Positions 61,284 to 64,000 of a stretch of DNA of 64,000 nt are shown piece by piece; the first letter of the stretch is position 1, and every line of letters begins with the position of its first letter. Made by a program: the position numbers and the translations under genes. A model generated the notes under the pieces. That model searched no databases. It saw only the letters and a list, made by a program, of their open reading frames with translations, and was not told the origin of the DNA. This DNA is from an uncultured Deinococcaceae bacterium (GTDB lineage: Bacteria; Deinococcota; Deinococci; Deinococcales; Deinococcaceae), in NCBI GenBank assembly GCA_964252075.1, contig CAXULY010000022.1, positions 1 to 64,000 on the forward strand, written 5' to 3'.

Positions 61284-62660
61284 TTAGTTCCGGGTGGTGC
61301 GGCGGCGGCGCAGGCGGCTCATGGCGGCCTCCAGCGACAGGCGCATGCGCTCCAGCGCCTGCGCGAGATCACCGATCTCGTCGTTGCGTTCCGCCGTCAC
61401 GGGCGTGTCCAGCTGACCGAGCGAGATGGCGTCTGCGGCCTTCACGAGGCGCTCGATGGGCGCCACCACGCGCCGCGCCGTGCGGGTCGCGACGTACGCC
61501 GCCACGCCGATCGCGAGGAGCGACACCGCGAAGATCAGCAGCAGCGTCTGCGTCGTGATCTTGCGCGACTCGTCACTCAGCACGCCCACCGTGATGGTGT
61601 ACAGCGGCGTGCCCTTGGCGCTGCCGACCGCGCGCGCGACGCGCTGCTCGCCTTCCTGGTACACCCCCCGGCGCACCACCTCGAAGGTGTTGGTGGTGAC
61701 GCCGCCACTGGCGTTCTTCGCCTGGTCCTGCAGGCGCACGATGGCGGGGTTGTCGTCCGGCAGGCCCGCGTCCTTGAGCTGCTTGATCTGCTCCTTGGCG
61801 CGCTCGGCGGGCGAATCGGAGTACTTGAAGGAGGAGTCGCTGGTGTGCTTCGTCACCCATTCGTCCACGCGCGCGCCGAGGATCGGGTCGCTCGCCTCGT
61901 CCTTGCTGCGGAAGAAGTTCAGGCCGTCGGGCGTCACCACCTGCACGAAACCCACGGACGGCTGCTTCACGAGCGCGCGCAGCTGGTTGTCCACCTTGTC
62001 CTGGTCTGTCACGTCCACGCTGGTACCGACGGCGGCGGCCACCGCCTGCGCGCCCTGACGGATCAGGGTCGTCTGCGAGCGCGGCAGCACGATCGCCAGG
62101 AAGCCCAGCGTCACGACGCCCGTCAGCACCAGCGGCGCCAGCGATGACAGCGTGATGCGGCGGCCCAGGCTCTGACGCGGGGCGCTCACGGCGCTCGCGC
62201 TCTCCGGCACTTCCGTGAAGGTCGTCGTGACGGACATGTCGGAGGTGCGCGCGGCGCGCGGCTTCTCCTCCGGCTCGTCCTTCGGCGTGCCGGGCAGGTT
62301 CAGTGAACCCGTGAAGTCCGACCACGCCGGGTCCACGCTCGGTCCTTCCGGAATGACGGGCGCGGGACCCGCGGCGACCGCGACGGGCGCCGCGACGGCC
62401 GCGCTGGCGGTCACCGCGACGGGCGCGGCTTCCTCATCCGCGACTTCCTGCAGGCGCACCGCCAGACCGAGGCCCTGGTACACGCCCAGCAGCGTCTCGG
62501 CGCGCTGCATGCTGGTGGGTTTCAGGAGGCGGCCCACGCGGCGCGAGGCGAGCTTCTGCGCCTGATCCGGCGCGAGGCCGAACCGCACGGTGAGCTGCTC
62601 GGTGAGGGTTTGACGGACCTCATCGGGCACGGGCTGGTCGAGAATGACGGTGTACTTCAT
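61284..62660 (-). CDS. Membrane protein with C-terminal HAMP domain and no output domain
   Basis: Small N-terminal domain, Ala/Pro linker, two TM helices flanking an extracytoplasmic region, PIERLVKAADAISLGQLD...RNDEIGDLAQALERMR. Confidence 0.88.
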   Translation of the reverse strand: MKYTVILDQPVPDEVRQTLTEQLTVRFGLAPDQAQKLASRRVGRLLKPTSMQRAETLLGVYQGLGLAVRLQEVADEEAAPVAVTASAAVAAPVAVAAGPAPVIPEGPSVDPAWSDFTGSLNLPGTPKDEPEEKPRAARTSDMSVTTTFTEVPESASAVSAPRQSLGRRITLSSLAPLVLTGVVTLGFLAIVLPRSQTTLIRQGAQAVAAAVGTSVDVTDQDKVDNQLRALVKQPSVGFVQVVTPDGLNFFRSKDEASDPILGARVDEWVTKHTSDSSFKYSDSPAERAKEQIKQLKDAGLPDDNPAIVRLQDQAKNASGGVTTNTFEVVRRGVYQEGEQRVARAVGSAKGTPLYTITVGVLSDESRKITTQTLLLIFAVSLLAIGVAAYVATRTARRVVAPIERLVKAADAISLGQLDTPVTAERNDEIGDLAQALERMRLSLEAAMSRLRRRRTTRN

Positions 62661-63091
62661 GCGAGTCCTTTCTGACGCAAGCGCTGGATGAACTGGGCCT
62701 GGGCGGCCTCCTTCATGTCCTGCAGCAGGGCATTGATGAGTTCGGCGAGGTTGGCGTCGTCGCCGACCTCATCGAGGGCCTCGTCCACCATCACGTCGCC
62801 CATCGGGCCGACGCTGGCGATGAGGCAGCGGGTGACTTCGTCCAGCACGGCGTCCGTGAGGGACTGCGTGGCGGGCGTGGCGCGACCGGCACCCGCCGCG
62901 GGCGCGTTCAGGTACGCCTCGGCGCGCTGCAGGACCTCCTCGACCATCGGCACGCTGATCCCGACGTTGCGGGCGATGGTGTCCACGTCCCGCCGTCCGT
63001 CGGCGAGTTCCACGACGCTCCACAGGCCGAACGGCAGCTTGCTGGTGTCCGTGAGGCCCGCGGGCGGCCTGGGGAAGGACGGCGCGGTCAT
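62657..63091 (-). CDS. Hypothetical protein (winged-helix-like N-terminus, GPMG helical C-terminus)
   Basis: W.VV...DGRR.V..IA...G and L.ASVGPMG..MV.EAL patterns; ATGA-coupled on both sides. Confidence 0.8.
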   Translation of the reverse strand: MTAPSFPRPPAGLTDTSKLPFGLWSVVELADGRRDVDTIARNVGISVPMVEEVLQRAEAYLNAPAAGAGRATPATQSLTDAVLDEVTRCLIASVGPMGDVMVDEALDEVGDDANLAELINALLQDMKEAAQAQFIQRLRQKGLA

Positions 63092-63897
63092 GCTTCACCC
63101 GGCCCGGCGATGCGCCACAGCGGGTGGTGGCGCAGTTCCTGCAGCGGCAGGTCGCTGAGGCGCCGCTGCGAGCGGTCCAGCACGTCACCGAACACCGCGC
63201 GCAGCGCGGGCGTCAGTTCCTCCACGGGTACCTGCGACAGCAGCCGGATCTGGTGTCCGTCCAGCACCACCTCCCGCGCGAAGGGGTCGAGGCAGGGGTG
63301 GTCGTCCGCGAGGTCCAGCGCCGACTCGCGCCAGAGTTCCGCCACGGGCACGCTGCGGGCCGTGAGGGTGAGGAGTTCGTTCCAGAAGGACACCAGCTGT
63401 GTGGGGTTCACCTTGTCGTCCGCGACGACCAGCAGCGGCGTCTCGCTGTTCGCGGGCTCCAGGCCGCTGAGCATCTGCCCGGCCTCCCAGAAGCTCACGG
63501 CGCCGTCACCCAGCACCAGCCCCCGGAAGCCCTGCGCGACGAGTTTGGGGCGCAGCATGCCCCAGCTCATGCCGCTGGAGTGCGCGTCGGTGTGACGGCA
63601 GGACCACAGCAGGTCCAGCACCGCCGCGTCGAGCGGCAGGAAGCTGACGGAGGCGCGCGGGAAGCGCCGCATGAGGCCACCCAGGTCGAGGTCGCCGCCA
63701 GCGTCGTAACCGCCCAGCCATTCGCCGCCCCGCCACAGCGCGCGGGCCTGTCGGTCGCCGCCGTTCACGTCCAGCACGCCGGTGAGCGGCTGGCGGCTGC
63801 CCAGATCGATCAGCACCTCTGTCCAGGGCCAGAAATCAGTGTGCAGCGCGGCGTAAGTGCCACGGTTGAGGGGAAGGACGGGCCATTCATGAGCCAT
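63088..63897 (-). CDS. Hypothetical protein (degenerate DUF4388/PATAN-like segments)
   Basis: LTGVLDV....ARALWRGG and FRGLVL....SFWEAG repeats; AAGGA RBS. Confidence 0.75.
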   Translation of the reverse strand: MAHEWPVLPLNRGTYAALHTDFWPWTEVLIDLGSRQPLTGVLDVNGGDRQARALWRGGEWLGGYDAGGDLDLGGLMRRFPRASVSFLPLDAAVLDLLWSCRHTDAHSSGMSWGMLRPKLVAQGFRGLVLGDGAVSFWEAGQMLSGLEPANSETPLLVVADDKVNPTQLVSFWNELLTLTARSVPVAELWRESALDLADDHPCLDPFAREVVLDGHQIRLLSQVPVEELTPALRAVFGDVLDRSQRRLSDLPLQELRHHPLWRIAGPGEA

Positions 63898-63966
63898 AAT
63901 TCATCCTTACCTTAGCGCCCCTCATGTCCTCCCGCCGCCAAGTTTGCGTGCCGGGCGGACGCACGC

Positions 63967-63995
63967 AAAAAGGCGGGCGGCCACCGCCGCCCGCC
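63967..63995 (-). terminator. Terminator-like hairpin upstream of the three-gene operon
   Basis: GGCGGGCGGC/GCCGCCCGCC with T5 on the minus strand. Confidence 0.75.
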
Positions 63996-64000
63996 CCCTG

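Overview
High-GC bacterial chromosomal window, very probably Deinococcus. The basis is the gene set, the RecD2/SbcCD arrangement, a 17-bp RDRM-like operator and many leaderless TAnnnT promoters. Most of it is core genome: the end of the nuo operon (nuoG-N), a cobamide nucleotide-loop operon (ABC-F, cobS, GNAT, fused cobC-cobU, cobT), pstS-pstCAB-phoU, mobA/ALDH, rsmD-coaD, sodA, an RluA-family synthase, hslO, sbcDC divergent from recD2, kynB-kynU, thiolase, rpsA, tRNA-Gln(CTG), trxB, an iron-chelate ABC operon headed by a sucrase-ferredoxin, tRNA-Glu(CTC), prfA, hom, and a three-gene operon ending in a HAMP membrane protein with no output domain. I saw no CRISPR array, transposase or integrase. 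The most interesting signals are: (1) leaderless upstream mini-ORFs coupled to prfA (UGA stop plus a T-TTT-TTC -1 slippery site leading into the prfA frame), to the RluA gene and to hom; (2) two identically spaced 11-bp-periodic Pho-box-like arrays; (3) the uncharacterised three-gene HAMP operon; (4) a CobC-CobU fusion; (5) a degenerate GGDEF protein that keeps its I-site; (6) two pseudogenes that the ORF track does not show. All calls come from reading motifs by eye; no database search was run.
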